This document shows, piece after piece, positions 39,145 to 48,657 of a stretch of DNA of 64,000 nucleotides. Source of the DNA: Candidatus Woesearchaeota archaeon (GTDB lineage Archaea > Nanobdellota > Nanobdellia > Woesearchaeales > JAGVYF01); contig JAHFLT010000001.1 in assembly GCA_023264635.1 (NCBI GenBank), positions 35,307-99,306 on the forward strand, in the 5' to 3' direction. Each line of letters starts with the position of its first letter. Position 1 is the stretch's first letter. Both the position numbers and the translations under genes were made by a program. A model generated the notes under the pieces. The model saw only the letters and a program-made list of their open reading frames with translations. It ran no database searches and was not told the DNA's origin.

Positions 39145-39196
39145 ATTCTCGAGTGGAGAAACAGTATATTATAAAAGTATGGGGGAATCTTACAAA

Positions 39197-39988
39197 TCAA
39201 AGATACGTTATAGCTATGGTCGTTACCTTATCAGCTTCAACACTTACCGTCATTTTCTTTTTCCCAAGAGATTCATGCCATACCGAAAGCTCATATGTCC
39301 CGGAAGGAATAGTGTCGATAATAAAGCTACCATGCTCATCGCTGACAACAAAATAAGGATTCTCTTTGACAATGACATATCCTTTCATCCAAGGATGGAC
39401 ATCACATTTCATGGGATAAAAACCAGGATTGTGAAAAACATTCGTTGTTTTCGCACCTTTCCACGGTAATGCGGCATTTATGTTGCCACCGTGAATGTTA
39501 TGCAGCGTATCATCTGTATTGGTAAAAGTCACTTTTGCATTCTTCATCGCTACGAGAACATGAGGCACATAGGCGCATTGCGCATTCACGACATCGTACA
39601 CCAACACTGCAGTTTTGCCTTCCACGACATTGTCGAGAGAGATAACAGCATTCTTGAGTCCTTTGTCTTTTCCTACAACGAGCAGTTCATGAAAAACCTG
39701 ATGAGGGCAGGCACTATCGGATGTCGAAACGTATCTCTGCTCTGGTGCTTCTAATGCATATATCACTTTTCCATGGAGAGTACCGGGATGTTGAACATCG
39801 ATAACGTGGTATTCTCCATTGTTGTGGTTGTTGTCATTTTGATTGCTGTTCATGTTTTGATTACTGTTTTTATTGGAGTTACTATTGTTTATGTTGTTGT
39901 TATTTTGCGGTATATCACCGCAGCCCAGAATCATTGCAAGTGTACCAACGAATAGTGTATTTTTCGCATTCATCCCTCTCCCCCCCAA
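39197..39988 (-). CDS. Secreted cupredoxin-like (type 1 copper) protein with poly-Asn linker and C-terminal Ig/CarboxypepD_reg-like domain
   Basis: Signal peptide. NNNNINNSNSNKNSNQNMNSNQNDNNHNN low-complexity linker. Copper-ligand-like H..H...C-x3-H-x2-M (HNIHGG...MKCDVHPWM). SGTYELSV beta-sandwich motif. Confidence 0.45.
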   Translation of the reverse strand: MGGRGMNAKNTLFVGTLAMILGCGDIPQNNNNINNSNSNKNSNQNMNSNQNDNNHNNGEYHVIDVQHPGTLHGKVIYALEAPEQRYVSTSDSACPHQVFHELLVVGKDKGLKNAVISLDNVVEGKTAVLVYDVVNAQCAYVPHVLVAMKNAKVTFTNTDDTLHNIHGGNINAALPWKGAKTTNVFHNPGFYPMKCDVHPWMKGYVIVKENPYFVVSDEHGSFIIDTIPSGTYELSVWHESLGKKKMTVSVEADKVTTIAITYL

Positions 39989-40038
39989 AAGGACAATAAA
40001 TCAGAGTATTTACGTACATCTTTATGAGTTATGTACAT

Positions 40039-40629
40039 CTATTTATGTTTATTCCTACCTCGTCCTTCTACTTCGTCCATGCGGGCAAGGACTACTGGAT
40101 AATCAGGATACGTTTCCTTGTACCCATCCAGCACAGCGGTAAAGCATTCTTCGTAGATGTCACAATGTTTTGATTCAAGCGCACAACGCAGCAAATGCAG
40201 GTCAACTGCCTTGTCTTCTGCCTTGTCAGAAAAAAAACTTAAGCCGAAGTCAATGAAGTGCACTTCTCCATTATGGATCATGTTAGACGTTGTCAAGTCG
40301 CCGTGAATGATTCCATGCGTGTGCAAGACGCCAACTTTTTTGCCAATCTCTCGCCCAAGCGTGGGTGACAGAATGTCTCTTACTTTCTGACCATTAATGA
40401 AATCCATTGTGAGTTCCATTTTTTCATCGTCCATCTTTTGAAGATGAGGACATGGGAAACCAAGAACGTTGAGCTTCCCAATAACTTTTGCTTCTCGTCT
40501 TGTCCTGAATTTTCTCAGTTGTTCATCTATCTCGGGATGGCGATAGTTCTTCACGTGCCGTACTTTCACAACACCCTCCCCGGTATGGTAAAGGATGGCT
40601 TCAGCTCCTTGAGCCAGTATTGTTGTCAT
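40039..40629 (-). CDS. bud32: Bud32/PRPK-type small kinase (KEOPS subunit)
   Basis: Start trimmed to MTTILAQGAEAILY, which resolves an overlap with the upstream gene. Catalytic HGDLTTSN and FIDFG motifs. About 197 aa. Confidence 0.8.
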   Translation of the reverse strand: MTTILAQGAEAILYHTGEGVVKVRHVKNYRHPEIDEQLRKFRTRREAKVIGKLNVLGFPCPHLQKMDDEKMELTMDFINGQKVRDILSPTLGREIGKKVGVLHTHGIIHGDLTTSNMIHNGEVHFIDFGLSFFSDKAEDKAVDLHLLRCALESKHCDIYEECFTAVLDGYKETYPDYPVVLARMDEVEGRGRNKHK

Positions 40630-41281
40630 CTTTATTGTCATCTGGTTGGGGAAGGATGATCTTTTTATCAACATATCGGGTAACCTGTTCCATCCCGGGA
40701 AGTTGACGCTTGATCACCTCCTCGATTTTATTGCCTGCTAATAAAAAAAGGTAGTGAGCGAATGCCTGCTCTCTAAGCTGTTGGTGGTTCAGAACAACAT
40801 ACCCTTTTTCCCTGAACAACTCATCATATTGCTCCAAGAAGTATTGCTTCAGCCCCTTGTCATCCAACTGCGTCTTGACTTTAGTAACGATAGTACCTTG
40901 ATAATAGTGATCAACATCTTGCCAAACCTTGTCTGCAATGCTAAGGTATGCCATCATATCAAGCGTCTGTGCTTGATGCAGCAGCATAACATAATATGTT
41001 GCTTGCGCAGGTTCAGTGTGTGAGAGCTCAATTTTTGGAAAGTATGTCCTCGCAATGTCTGAAAAAATAGCTGCAGCACCTTTTCCGAAATCACCAAGAA
41101 AAGTGTAGGTTGGAACTCCATGGTCCAGGAGGTCTGCCTTGTGCTTCGCCATGCCTTCCAACCACAGACGACCGTAGTGATCCTTAAGCTCTGGCTCAGC
41201 TTCTTTACGTTGCTTCAGATACTCAGTGATATCACAGAAAAGCGTCTCTACTCGAACTAATTTACCCAAATCAAAAGCCAT
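40601..41281 (-). CDS. Hypothetical protein
   Basis: 226-aa ORF, co-directional and tightly spaced with bud32. Confidence 0.4.
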   Translation of the reverse strand: MAFDLGKLVRVETLFCDITEYLKQRKEAEPELKDHYGRLWLEGMAKHKADLLDHGVPTYTFLGDFGKGAAAIFSDIARTYFPKIELSHTEPAQATYYVMLLHQAQTLDMMAYLSIADKVWQDVDHYYQGTIVTKVKTQLDDKGLKQYFLEQYDELFREKGYVVLNHQQLREQAFAHYLFLLAGNKIEEVIKRQLPGMEQVTRYVDKKIILPQPDDNKDDNNTGSRS

Positions 41282-41299
41282 ACCAAAAATAAAAAAACA

Positions 41300-41926
41300 T
41301 TACGGCTTTGGAGCCGCTGGTTTATAGGGTTTGACATTGTTTTCGCCAAGCACTTGTGCCAGACCTTCGCTCTGTTGGCTCAAGATGCTGTAGACGCTGA
41401 AGAACTGCTGTGGACCCATTCTTGTCAGATAACCTTTATCAATTTCATATCCCTTTGACTTCGCAAAACCATCAAATTGGGTTCTAAAGTCATCACTGGT
41501 CATCAGGGCATCCTGCAATCTTACCCCAACGTTCTGCTGTTTTGTATCAAGAACGTGTTTAGCTAAAATGTCTTTACCTATCTCTGCAAAATTTTCTACA
41601 GTAACACGTTGGTTCTGTAATCGCAACTTTAGCTCTGTCGAAGTGATACCAAGAAGATTTTTTGCATTTGTATCAATATCAACTATTTGAGGATCTTTGA
41701 TACCCATATATTCTTTCATATATTCAGTAAGTGCAGATTTAATAAGATTCTCTGCAAGCTCTTCTGCCTGTGCAGCGTTCAAGCGATCTCCTTTTTTTAC
41801 GCCGGGATTAGCAGCGCTGAACTTAAGGAAATAATCAACAGCAACTCCTTGGAAAACGGATAATGCTCTCGCATTCTCCTTGGGATCTATACTCTTCGTC
41901 AAATCGTCTAATGTGAATTTTGCCAT
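41300..41926 (-). CDS. Hypothetical protein
   Basis: 208-aa ORF, 18 bp from downstream gene. Confidence 0.4.
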   Translation of the reverse strand: MAKFTLDDLTKSIDPKENARALSVFQGVAVDYFLKFSAANPGVKKGDRLNAAQAEELAENLIKSALTEYMKEYMGIKDPQIVDIDTNAKNLLGITSTELKLRLQNQRVTVENFAEIGKDILAKHVLDTKQQNVGVRLQDALMTSDDFRTQFDGFAKSKGYEIDKGYLTRMGPQQFFSVYSILSQQSEGLAQVLGENNVKPYKPAAPKP

Positions 41927-41943
41927 TTCGTTTCCTCCGGTTT

Positions 41944-42336
41944 TTAGTATCCTGTTCCCATTTCTACTTTTACTTCAAGGTTCTTGTTTTTTGCGTAGTC
42001 TTCGAGCAGTTTCTGTACCAGTTCCTGAGGCGCTTTTCCGTAGTCGATGCTGTAGCCGTAGGCGTAGATTGTTTTGTCAGTGACTTCAATTCTACCGCCT
42101 CCGCTAGGGTAGCCCACTTGTACTCCGTCTGGCAGGTTTCTTTTGTAGGCACTTGCTATATCTGCGTGGGAGCCGTATTTTGGGCTTCCGACCAGGACAT
42201 CTTTGGTGTTTGTTCCATCACTTACTTTAGCTACGATGAACTTGTAAGTGCCAAGTGTTGGCAGTTCGACCGCAGCTAGTTCTTCCAGTGTTTTTATCAT
42301 TTTGTAGTACCTTAATTTGGGAGAGTATCCATCCAA
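41944..42336 (-). CDS. Hypothetical protein
   Basis: 130-aa ORF, Gly-rich core YPSGGGRIEV. 17 bp from next gene. Confidence 0.4.
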   Translation of the reverse strand: MDGYSPKLRYYKMIKTLEELAAVELPTLGTYKFIVAKVSDGTNTKDVLVGSPKYGSHADIASAYKRNLPDGVQVGYPSGGGRIEVTDKTIYAYGYSIDYGKAPQELVQKLLEDYAKNKNLEVKVEMGTGY

Positions 42337-42504
42337 TATTTAAAGCTTTCGTTTATGTTGTCACTTCTTAGTGGTCAAATATATTTTTACTACCTGCTCA
42401 CTGTTACCTTGTCCACCATAAGCACAAGAGTAGAACTGTTATTAAGAGTAAAACTGCTATTTAAGCATTGATGGGGAGAAACAGATAGGTGTGTAACAAT
42501 ATGG

Positions 42505-43251
42505 TCACTTTATTATTCCATACCATTTCAAAAGAAGACGGTCTACTGCTTTAACTAGATTCCAATTATCTCCGGTGATAAGGATACAGTTTCCTTTGTA
42601 CGTGACACTAGTCTCATTACTCTGTCGCAACTCGATGATTGCTCTGTCATGATCAGAATCGCATGATAGGATTGGCTGTTTTGCACAAGGATATGTCTGA
42701 TTTTGCGTGCATGCTGCTTTCAGAAGCAGATTCATTGCCCTCACAAGGGATAAGCTAAGTTCGCCGTTTGCGAGAGCGACGTATGTCAGATTATGATCCA
42801 GCGGATTGAATGCTATGTAGATAAGTCGTGCGTCTGTGAAACGGTTATCCAACTCTCCAAGGAGGGTAATATTTTCTACGTCTCTTGGACTGTAATGGAG
42901 AGGGATCGTTATTTTCTTATCTTTGTACAGCAACTCGGTATACCAAATAGTATCTATGTTCACAAAGTTGAATTCATTATATCTAAATCTTTCATCTACT
43001 ATTCCCTTAATCAGATGGCCGCTCATGTCTTTGACAGTAGCCACTTCTTCGTCACGGAGAAGAGTAAAAGTGATGATAATGAGGAATAATATACCGAAAG
43101 TGCCAGCAAGGATATACATATTTCTACGGCTTTTTTTGTCAGTAACAGGGTCGTGAGGCACCGGCTGAGGTGCCATTTTTTTCTGTATCCGCTCATCGAT
43201 CATTTCTTCTTCTCTTAGTTCTTCTGCAATGTCAGCAACACCTTCTTTCAT
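42505..43251 (-). CDS. Single-pass membrane protein with extracytoplasmic domain
   Basis: 248 aa. Charged N-terminus then MYILAGTFGILFLIIITFTLL transmembrane helix. Confidence 0.4.
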   Translation of the reverse strand: MKEGVADIAEELREEEMIDERIQKKMAPQPVPHDPVTDKKSRRNMYILAGTFGILFLIIITFTLLRDEEVATVKDMSGHLIKGIVDERFRYNEFNFVNIDTIWYTELLYKDKKITIPLHYSPRDVENITLLGELDNRFTDARLIYIAFNPLDHNLTYVALANGELSLSLVRAMNLLLKAACTQNQTYPCAKQPILSCDSDHDRAIIELRQSNETSVTYKGNCILITGDNWNLVKAVDRLLLKWYGIIK

Positions 43252-43341
43252 GTGCAGTCAGCAAACAGGCGTTATTTTTAAATATTATCTCCCTTTTGGG
43301 ATAACATTACAAAAAATGTATATGCAAAAAGATTACCTCCA

Positions 43342-44115
43342 ATGAGAAAATGCTTGGCGTTTTTGATTCTGTTGTTGCTGCTGGTGATTGCTTTTACTAT
43401 TGCGTTTTCCAATTCTTCACTCGTTTTTGACCTTTACAAGATGGAGTACAAATCAAATGGGAAAGAGCTAAAGGAGATTGAGGTAAAAAATACTGGTACA
43501 GATAGAGTGACATTTTCAAAAGCGGTTATTTACGGGAACAATAATGCGAACTTGAAAGAGGTGAAATTAGGAAGTATAAAGATGTGGAGCAATGATTCAA
43601 ATTCTCAACCATTTGGGGCACTTCTCCCTTTGGAGAATGTGTCAATCGCAGCAGGCGAGGATGATGAGCTATCACTGAAATTTGACAATGATGCAACAAA
43701 TCACGTCAGTATGATTGTGTTCGAACTGGGAGATGGCTCCAGTGTTTTTGTTAAAATTTTGGAAGGGTATGTTACTGGAACGCTGGACTACCAGATAAGG
43801 GATGGAAGCAATGTCATTGGAACCGAGTCTGCAAAAAATGCCACAATCTATCTCATACCCTCTGGCTTTGCACTGAGCAACCCTTCACTTCTTTTACCGC
43901 TCCAACTTTATCATAGAAACATTACTTTAGATGCCGATGGAGCTGGAAGTCGCTGCAGCACGCAATTGCATACTACACAACAATATTTTTATGATGACAA
44001 CAATGACGGCAAGAATGCTATAACTGAAAAATTAGTTTATGGTGTTCAGACAAATCAACAAGGTTGCTATGCATTCAATGTGCCTGAAGGGAATTATGAT
44101 ATTTATACGGGCTAA
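43342..44115 (+). CDS. Secreted hypothetical protein
   Basis: 257 aa. N-terminal signal LAFLILLLLLVIAFTIAFS. Confidence 0.4.
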   Translation: MRKCLAFLILLLLLVIAFTIAFSNSSLVFDLYKMEYKSNGKELKEIEVKNTGTDRVTFSKAVIYGNNNANLKEVKLGSIKMWSNDSNSQPFGALLPLENVSIAAGEDDELSLKFDNDATNHVSMIVFELGDGSSVFVKILEGYVTGTLDYQIRDGSNVIGTESAKNATIYLIPSGFALSNPSLLLPLQLYHRNITLDADGAGSRCSTQLHTTQQYFYDDNNDGKNAITEKLVYGVQTNQQGCYAFNVPEGNYDIYTG

Positions 44116-44186
44116 GAAGCTATGTCGTGTCTGCAGCGGTGTGTCAGTAGTGTCTGTTTTACACATCACGATATAATTACATATTT

Positions 44187-44480
44187 TTACACATCAACGT
44201 AAACGTCATCTCCCTTTACTTCAACCTTGTAAGACGGAACAGAACCTCCATAAGGTGGGTTAACCCCGTCTCCTGTCCGCACATCAAATGACCATCTGTG
44301 CCATGGGCAAGTTACCGTAGTTTGTTCAAGTTCCCCATCACAAAGCGGGCCTCCTGCATGCGGGCATGTATTGTCAATGCAATACACTTTTCCATCGATT
44401 AAAAAAAGAGCCACATCCTTTCCGTTAACAGAAACACGCTTTGGTGTCTTAAGTTCACTCAATTTTGCAAGTTTTTGCAT
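44187..44480 (-). CDS. Rieske [2Fe-2S] domain protein (NirD-like small ferredoxin subunit)
   Basis: 97 aa. CPHAGG...CPWHRW Rieske ligand boxes. Confidence 0.7.
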   Translation of the reverse strand: MQKLAKLSELKTPKRVSVNGKDVALFLIDGKVYCIDNTCPHAGGPLCDGELEQTTVTCPWHRWSFDVRTGDGVNPPYGGSVPSYKVEVKGDDVYVDV

Positions 44481-44581
44481 GATGGTTGAATAGATTACAG
44501 CTTATATTTAAGATTTTCCTAAGAAAGCTTTATATACCACAATAAAATTCCAAGAGTCACTTTTTAAGAAGGAGGAAGAAA

Positions 44582-45868
44582 ATGGCAAAAGGAAAACCAC
44601 ACATTAACCTAGTATTTATCGGTCACGTTGATCACGGGAAATCTACAACTGTTGGGAGACTCTTATATGATTCAGGTAATATAGATGAACAGTCCATGCG
44701 CAAGCTCAAGGAGAAGGCAGAAGAGCTTGGAAAAGGTGGCTTTGAGTTCGCATTTGTCATGGACAACTTGAAAGAAGAGCGTGAGCGCGGTGTCACTATA
44801 GACTTGGCTCACAAGAAATTTGAAACAGAAAAGTATTATTTCACTATTATCGATGCACCCGGCCACAAGGACTTCATCAAAAATATGATTACTGGTGCAT
44901 CGCAAGCAGATGCTGCGGTGCTTGTTGTCGGTTCTGAAGGTGTCCAGGCACAGACAAAGGAACACGTTTTCCTTGCCAAGACGCTTGGTGTTGGTCAGTT
45001 GATTGTTGCATGTAACAAGATGGACTTGGCGAAATACAGTCAAGCTACATTCGATAAGTTAAAGGGAGAGGTCCAGACACTCCTAAAAAGCTATGGGTGG
45101 AAGGTTGATCAAATTCCTGTTATCCCTATGGCATCTTTCCTCGGTGAAAATATCATTAAGAAGTCACCTAATATGCCTTGGTATACTGGATCAACACTGT
45201 ATGAAGCAATTAACCAGTTAAAGGAGCCAGTAAAGCCAACAAACTTACCACTGCGTCTTCCTATACAAGATGTTTATAATATTACAGGTATCGGCGTCGT
45301 CCCTGTTGGGCGTGTCGAGACAGGAGTATTAAAGATAGGTGACAAGGTCATAGCAGTTCCAGGTAGAGAAGGCAAAGGTGTTCCTGGTGAAGTCAAGACA
45401 ATAGAGATGCACCATGAGCAAATCCAGGAAGCTGAACCAGGAGACAACGTTGGTTTGTCTGTCCGTGGTTTTGGAAAGAAAGATGTCACGCGTGGTGATG
45501 TTCTAGGTCATCCAGATAAAGTGCCGCCTGTTGTGATAGAATTCACCGCGCAGATTGTTGTGTTGAATCACCCAACAGTTCTCACAGCCGGATACACACC
45601 CGTATTCCACGTGCACACTGCACAGATTGCATGTTCAATTGTGGAGATTGTCAAGAAAATCAATCCAGCAACAGGAGAAACGTTGCAGGAAAAGCCGGAT
45701 TTCATCAAGAATGGGGATGTTGCAATTGTTAAGGTTAAGCCAACACAACCATTAGTTATTGAGAAGCAGTCTGAGAATCCGAAGATGGCACGCTTTGCAG
45801 TTCGCGACAGCGGTGCGACAGTTGCTGCGGGTATGTGCATTGACTATGTTGTCAAGCCGCTGGCATAA
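44582..45868 (+). CDS. tuf: Translation elongation factor 1-alpha
   Basis: 428 aa. [17 protein letters not shown] and NKMD GTPase motifs. Confidence 0.95.
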   Translation: MAKGKPHINLVFIGHVDHGKSTTVGRLLYDSGNIDEQSMRKLKEKAEELGKGGFEFAFVMDNLKEERERGVTIDLAHKKFETEKYYFTIIDAPGHKDFIKNMITGASQADAAVLVVGSEGVQAQTKEHVFLAKTLGVGQLIVACNKMDLAKYSQATFDKLKGEVQTLLKSYGWKVDQIPVIPMASFLGENIIKKSPNMPWYTGSTLYEAINQLKEPVKPTNLPLRLPIQDVYNITGIGVVPVGRVETGVLKIGDKVIAVPGREGKGVPGEVKTIEMHHEQIQEAEPGDNVGLSVRGFGKKDVTRGDVLGHPDKVPPVVIEFTAQIVVLNHPTVLTAGYTPVFHVHTAQIACSIVEIVKKINPATGETLQEKPDFIKNGDVAIVKVKPTQPLVIEKQSENPKMARFAVRDSGATVAAGMCIDYVVKPLA

Positions 45869-45880
45869 GAAGGGTGACTG

Positions 45881-46189
45881 ATGCAAAAAGCACGAATCAA
45901 ACTAGCAAGCACAGACATAGAAAAGATTAACAAGACATGTACCTACATTAAGGATATTGCTGACAAGACGGGAGTCACCATGTGTGGTCCTATTCCTTTG
46001 CCGACGAAGAAGCTGAAGCTTACTACACGCAAATCGCCGTGTGGCAATGGTAAGGCAACATGGGAACGTTACGAAATGCGCATACACAAACGCATTATTG
46101 ATTTGGGTATGGATGAACGTGCCTTGCGTTTGGTCATGAGAGTACCAATCCCGGAAGGATTAGACATCCAGATTGATATGTTGGAATAG
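45881..46189 (+). CDS. rps10: Ribosomal protein uS10
   Basis: 102 aa directly downstream of tuf, the conserved archaeal tuf-rps10 arrangement. T-rich terminator-like tract follows. Confidence 0.9.
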   Translation: MQKARIKLASTDIEKINKTCTYIKDIADKTGVTMCGPIPLPTKKLKLTTRKSPCGNGKATWERYEMRIHKRIIDLGMDERALRLVMRVPIPEGLDIQIDMLE

Positions 46190-46288
46190 GAGTACACCTT
46201 TTCTTTTCAGTTTTTTTTTCACCCGAAAGAGTTAAATAGTCGGGATATTTAAATTATATAAAAAAGGCTTTTAAAAAAAAGGTGAAGT

Positions 46289-47323
46289 ATGGTCAAACTC
46301 TGTCCACACTGTGGTAAAGAATTCTCTAAGGGTAAGATTTGTCCAATCTGTAATACACCCCTTATTACAGAAAAGGAAGTAAAAGAAGCAAAAACAGTGC
46401 TCAAAAAAGGAAGATGGCACTGGTATGATGCTGTTATTGTTTTAGTTGCTCTGCTTGCTATCTATCTGATTCTTATTAAGGTAACAATAGGATATGTTGT
46501 TGATGAGCCTTACACTGTGCAGGAGCGTTATGAGGAAACTGAAGAATATAACGTCACAGAACCGTACACTATCGTTGTACTATACACAGTGACTCAACTA
46601 GTTGTTGATTACGAACCGTACACACCAGAGAAAACAACAACCAAAGAGACATGCTATTACAAAGACACATCATATACAATCAACTATGAGGGGGGATTAC
46701 AGAATCCGTACAATCCTGCAACTGAAACAGGTTACCGTTTTAAGAACTTAGGGATTTCTGGGGAATACGTACAGAAAGTGGAGATCTGTCATCCGCCAAC
46801 GCGTAAACAGGACACACAATCAGGCTTCCATGCAGTCTTTGCTATCTGCAATTATATGGGTGAGACAAAGGTAGATTGCCCCAATAACCTGATAACAACG
46901 TATGGTGACAGAGCGGCAGGGTACGCTAAGCAAGGGTATATCGAGGATAAAAATTATCCGGGAGTTTACTCAACAAATAAAGGTCTTATATGCATGAGAA
47001 AAGAACCAGTGGTCTGGCAAACAACATACGACGTCAGAAAATCCATACGACTTGAACCACTATCCCTCCCCCAAATCCGAGTCTGTGAAAACGAGGAAGT
47101 ATCGCAAAAGGTAAACCTTTATACCGAGGCTGGTCAGAAAGCAGAGCAGCCCATGCGCCCAGTTGAGAGAGAGATTACAAAAACACAGTATAAGAACGAG
47201 ACACAATTCAAAGACGTTACAAAGACTAGAAAGATTGAGAAATTCCGGGATGTGGCAAAGATCCGTTATAGTGTGAAGCAACGCACGCTTTGGGAAGAAC
47301 TACGGTTGCAATACCATTTCTAA
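46289..47323 (+). CDS. Zinc-ribbon membrane protein with EPYT-repeat extracytoplasmic region
   Basis: CPHCGKEF...CPICNTP ribbon. Transmembrane helix IVLVALLAIYLILI. Repeated (E/T)EPYT motifs. Confidence 0.45.
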   Translation: MVKLCPHCGKEFSKGKICPICNTPLITEKEVKEAKTVLKKGRWHWYDAVIVLVALLAIYLILIKVTIGYVVDEPYTVQERYEETEEYNVTEPYTIVVLYTVTQLVVDYEPYTPEKTTTKETCYYKDTSYTINYEGGLQNPYNPATETGYRFKNLGISGEYVQKVEICHPPTRKQDTQSGFHAVFAICNYMGETKVDCPNNLITTYGDRAAGYAKQGYIEDKNYPGVYSTNKGLICMRKEPVVWQTTYDVRKSIRLEPLSLPQIRVCENEEVSQKVNLYTEAGQKAEQPMRPVEREITKTQYKNETQFKDVTKTRKIEKFRDVAKIRYSVKQRTLWEELRLQYHF

Positions 47324-47350
47324 CTATTTTTCTTACCAATTAAAATTTAC

Positions 47351-48358
47351 TTAGTTTCTTTTTTTTTTGATTTTCTTTGATAACTTTGCTACTTCTTCCA
47401 GCTCTGCTGCTGCCTGCTGGATTGCCTGGTCATTAGCTTCCAATGTCGGAATTGGTTCTGCTCCTTTCTCAGACTCCATAATACCGGGAAGGAATATGTC
47501 TGTAATGCCTTTGTGTGGCTCATCTTCTGCTTCCTCAATGTTCTCTATAAGAAAAAGCTTACGTTTCTCTTCTTCTTTCTGTGTTTTTTTACTGAAAGCG
47601 TGTTTCAATGAAAGCTTTATGGCATGGTCGTTGCATACAGATAAAACATATTTTGGATTATTTTGTTGTTCACGGATGATATGTTTTAGTAGGGCTTCGT
47701 CAAATGGCTCAATGCCATTCCCACCAAGCGCCTCAATCCTAAGTTGCAGGAATTCCTTAGTCTCAGCAAAACTCAGACCATGCAATACGATGCCGAGCTT
47801 ATCTTGTCCTAAGGTAGATACAATGCTTCTACGCATCTCATCTATGGGACCAGCTACAATAAGTTGTGTGCGGAGGGGTGAATCAAAGATATGTTTAAGT
47901 ATCAGAATGTCTGGTTTTGAGATTTGATGTGCTTCATCCAAAAGGATAATCATACTTTTCGCGTGCTGCCGTGGTGTTAGAAACTCAACAACATTACCTA
48001 TATGCAGTTTTCTCCATGGCCTTGTTAACCATCTTTCAAAAAAATTAAGTTGAGGATACACCAAAGTCTTTATGAACTCGTGCTCAGTAAGATTCCTGGC
48101 ATTCACATAAATGACGCAGAATCTGTTCTTGTAATTCTGCAATTGGTTGCGCAGCCAGCGTAATAAGGTCGTCTTCCCAAGCCCTTCCTCACCAAGAAGG
48201 GTACCGTATTTGTAGTTTTCTATGAGAAAAAGATTGAGACGCTGGCGTTCCTTTTCATATCCTACAACAAAATTTTCTACTGGTTCGAATATCTTGTCCT
48301 GGAATGGATTATTACGCCATCCCAATGCCTTATCCCACTCAAGAACAAATTGCCGCAT
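47351..48358 (-). CDS. Archaeal-type AAA ATPase (Arch_ATPase/PF01637-like)
   Basis: FVVGYEKERQRL...LLGEEGLGKTTLLRWL Walker A. ILLDEAH Walker B. Confidence 0.55.
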   Translation of the reverse strand: MRQFVLEWDKALGWRNNPFQDKIFEPVENFVVGYEKERQRLNLFLIENYKYGTLLGEEGLGKTTLLRWLRNQLQNYKNRFCVIYVNARNLTEHEFIKTLVYPQLNFFERWLTRPWRKLHIGNVVEFLTPRQHAKSMIILLDEAHQISKPDILILKHIFDSPLRTQLIVAGPIDEMRRSIVSTLGQDKLGIVLHGLSFAETKEFLQLRIEALGGNGIEPFDEALLKHIIREQQNNPKYVLSVCNDHAIKLSLKHAFSKKTQKEEEKRKLFLIENIEEAEDEPHKGITDIFLPGIMESEKGAEPIPTLEANDQAIQQAAAELEEVAKLSKKIKKKRN

Positions 48359-48402
48359 GTGTCATTAAGCAAATGGGTTTTTATAAACCTTTCCTAGAGG
48401 AA

Positions 48403-48618
48403 GCTCCATCAAAAATTCTCGCTTCCTCCTGGCTCAGCAGCTTCTCGCCTTTGTATTTCAGGCGATAGCTGACACAAAGGAGAACTATTGTTCTCCTTGT
48501 GCGAGAAGCCTATGGCTTTTTTGCATTTCCCGGACGTCGTCCCCCCATTGTCAGCACAAAATGGGCTACTGCTAAGGCTCGACCTTAGGTTGCTGAGCGC
48601 TTTTTTTTGATAGAGTCC
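48403..48618. mobile_element. MITE-like composite element, copy E (degenerate termini)
   Basis: Ends resemble type II / IS termini (GCTCCATCAAAAAT ... TTTTTTTTGATAGAGTCC). Centre carries the type I hairpin core (GTGACACAAAGGAGAAC...GTTCTCCTTGTG). Sits 44 bp upstream of the ATPase start. Confidence 0.6.
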
Positions 48619-48657
48619 TAGGGAAGTAATAAAAAAAAAGAAAAGAGAAAAAAAATC

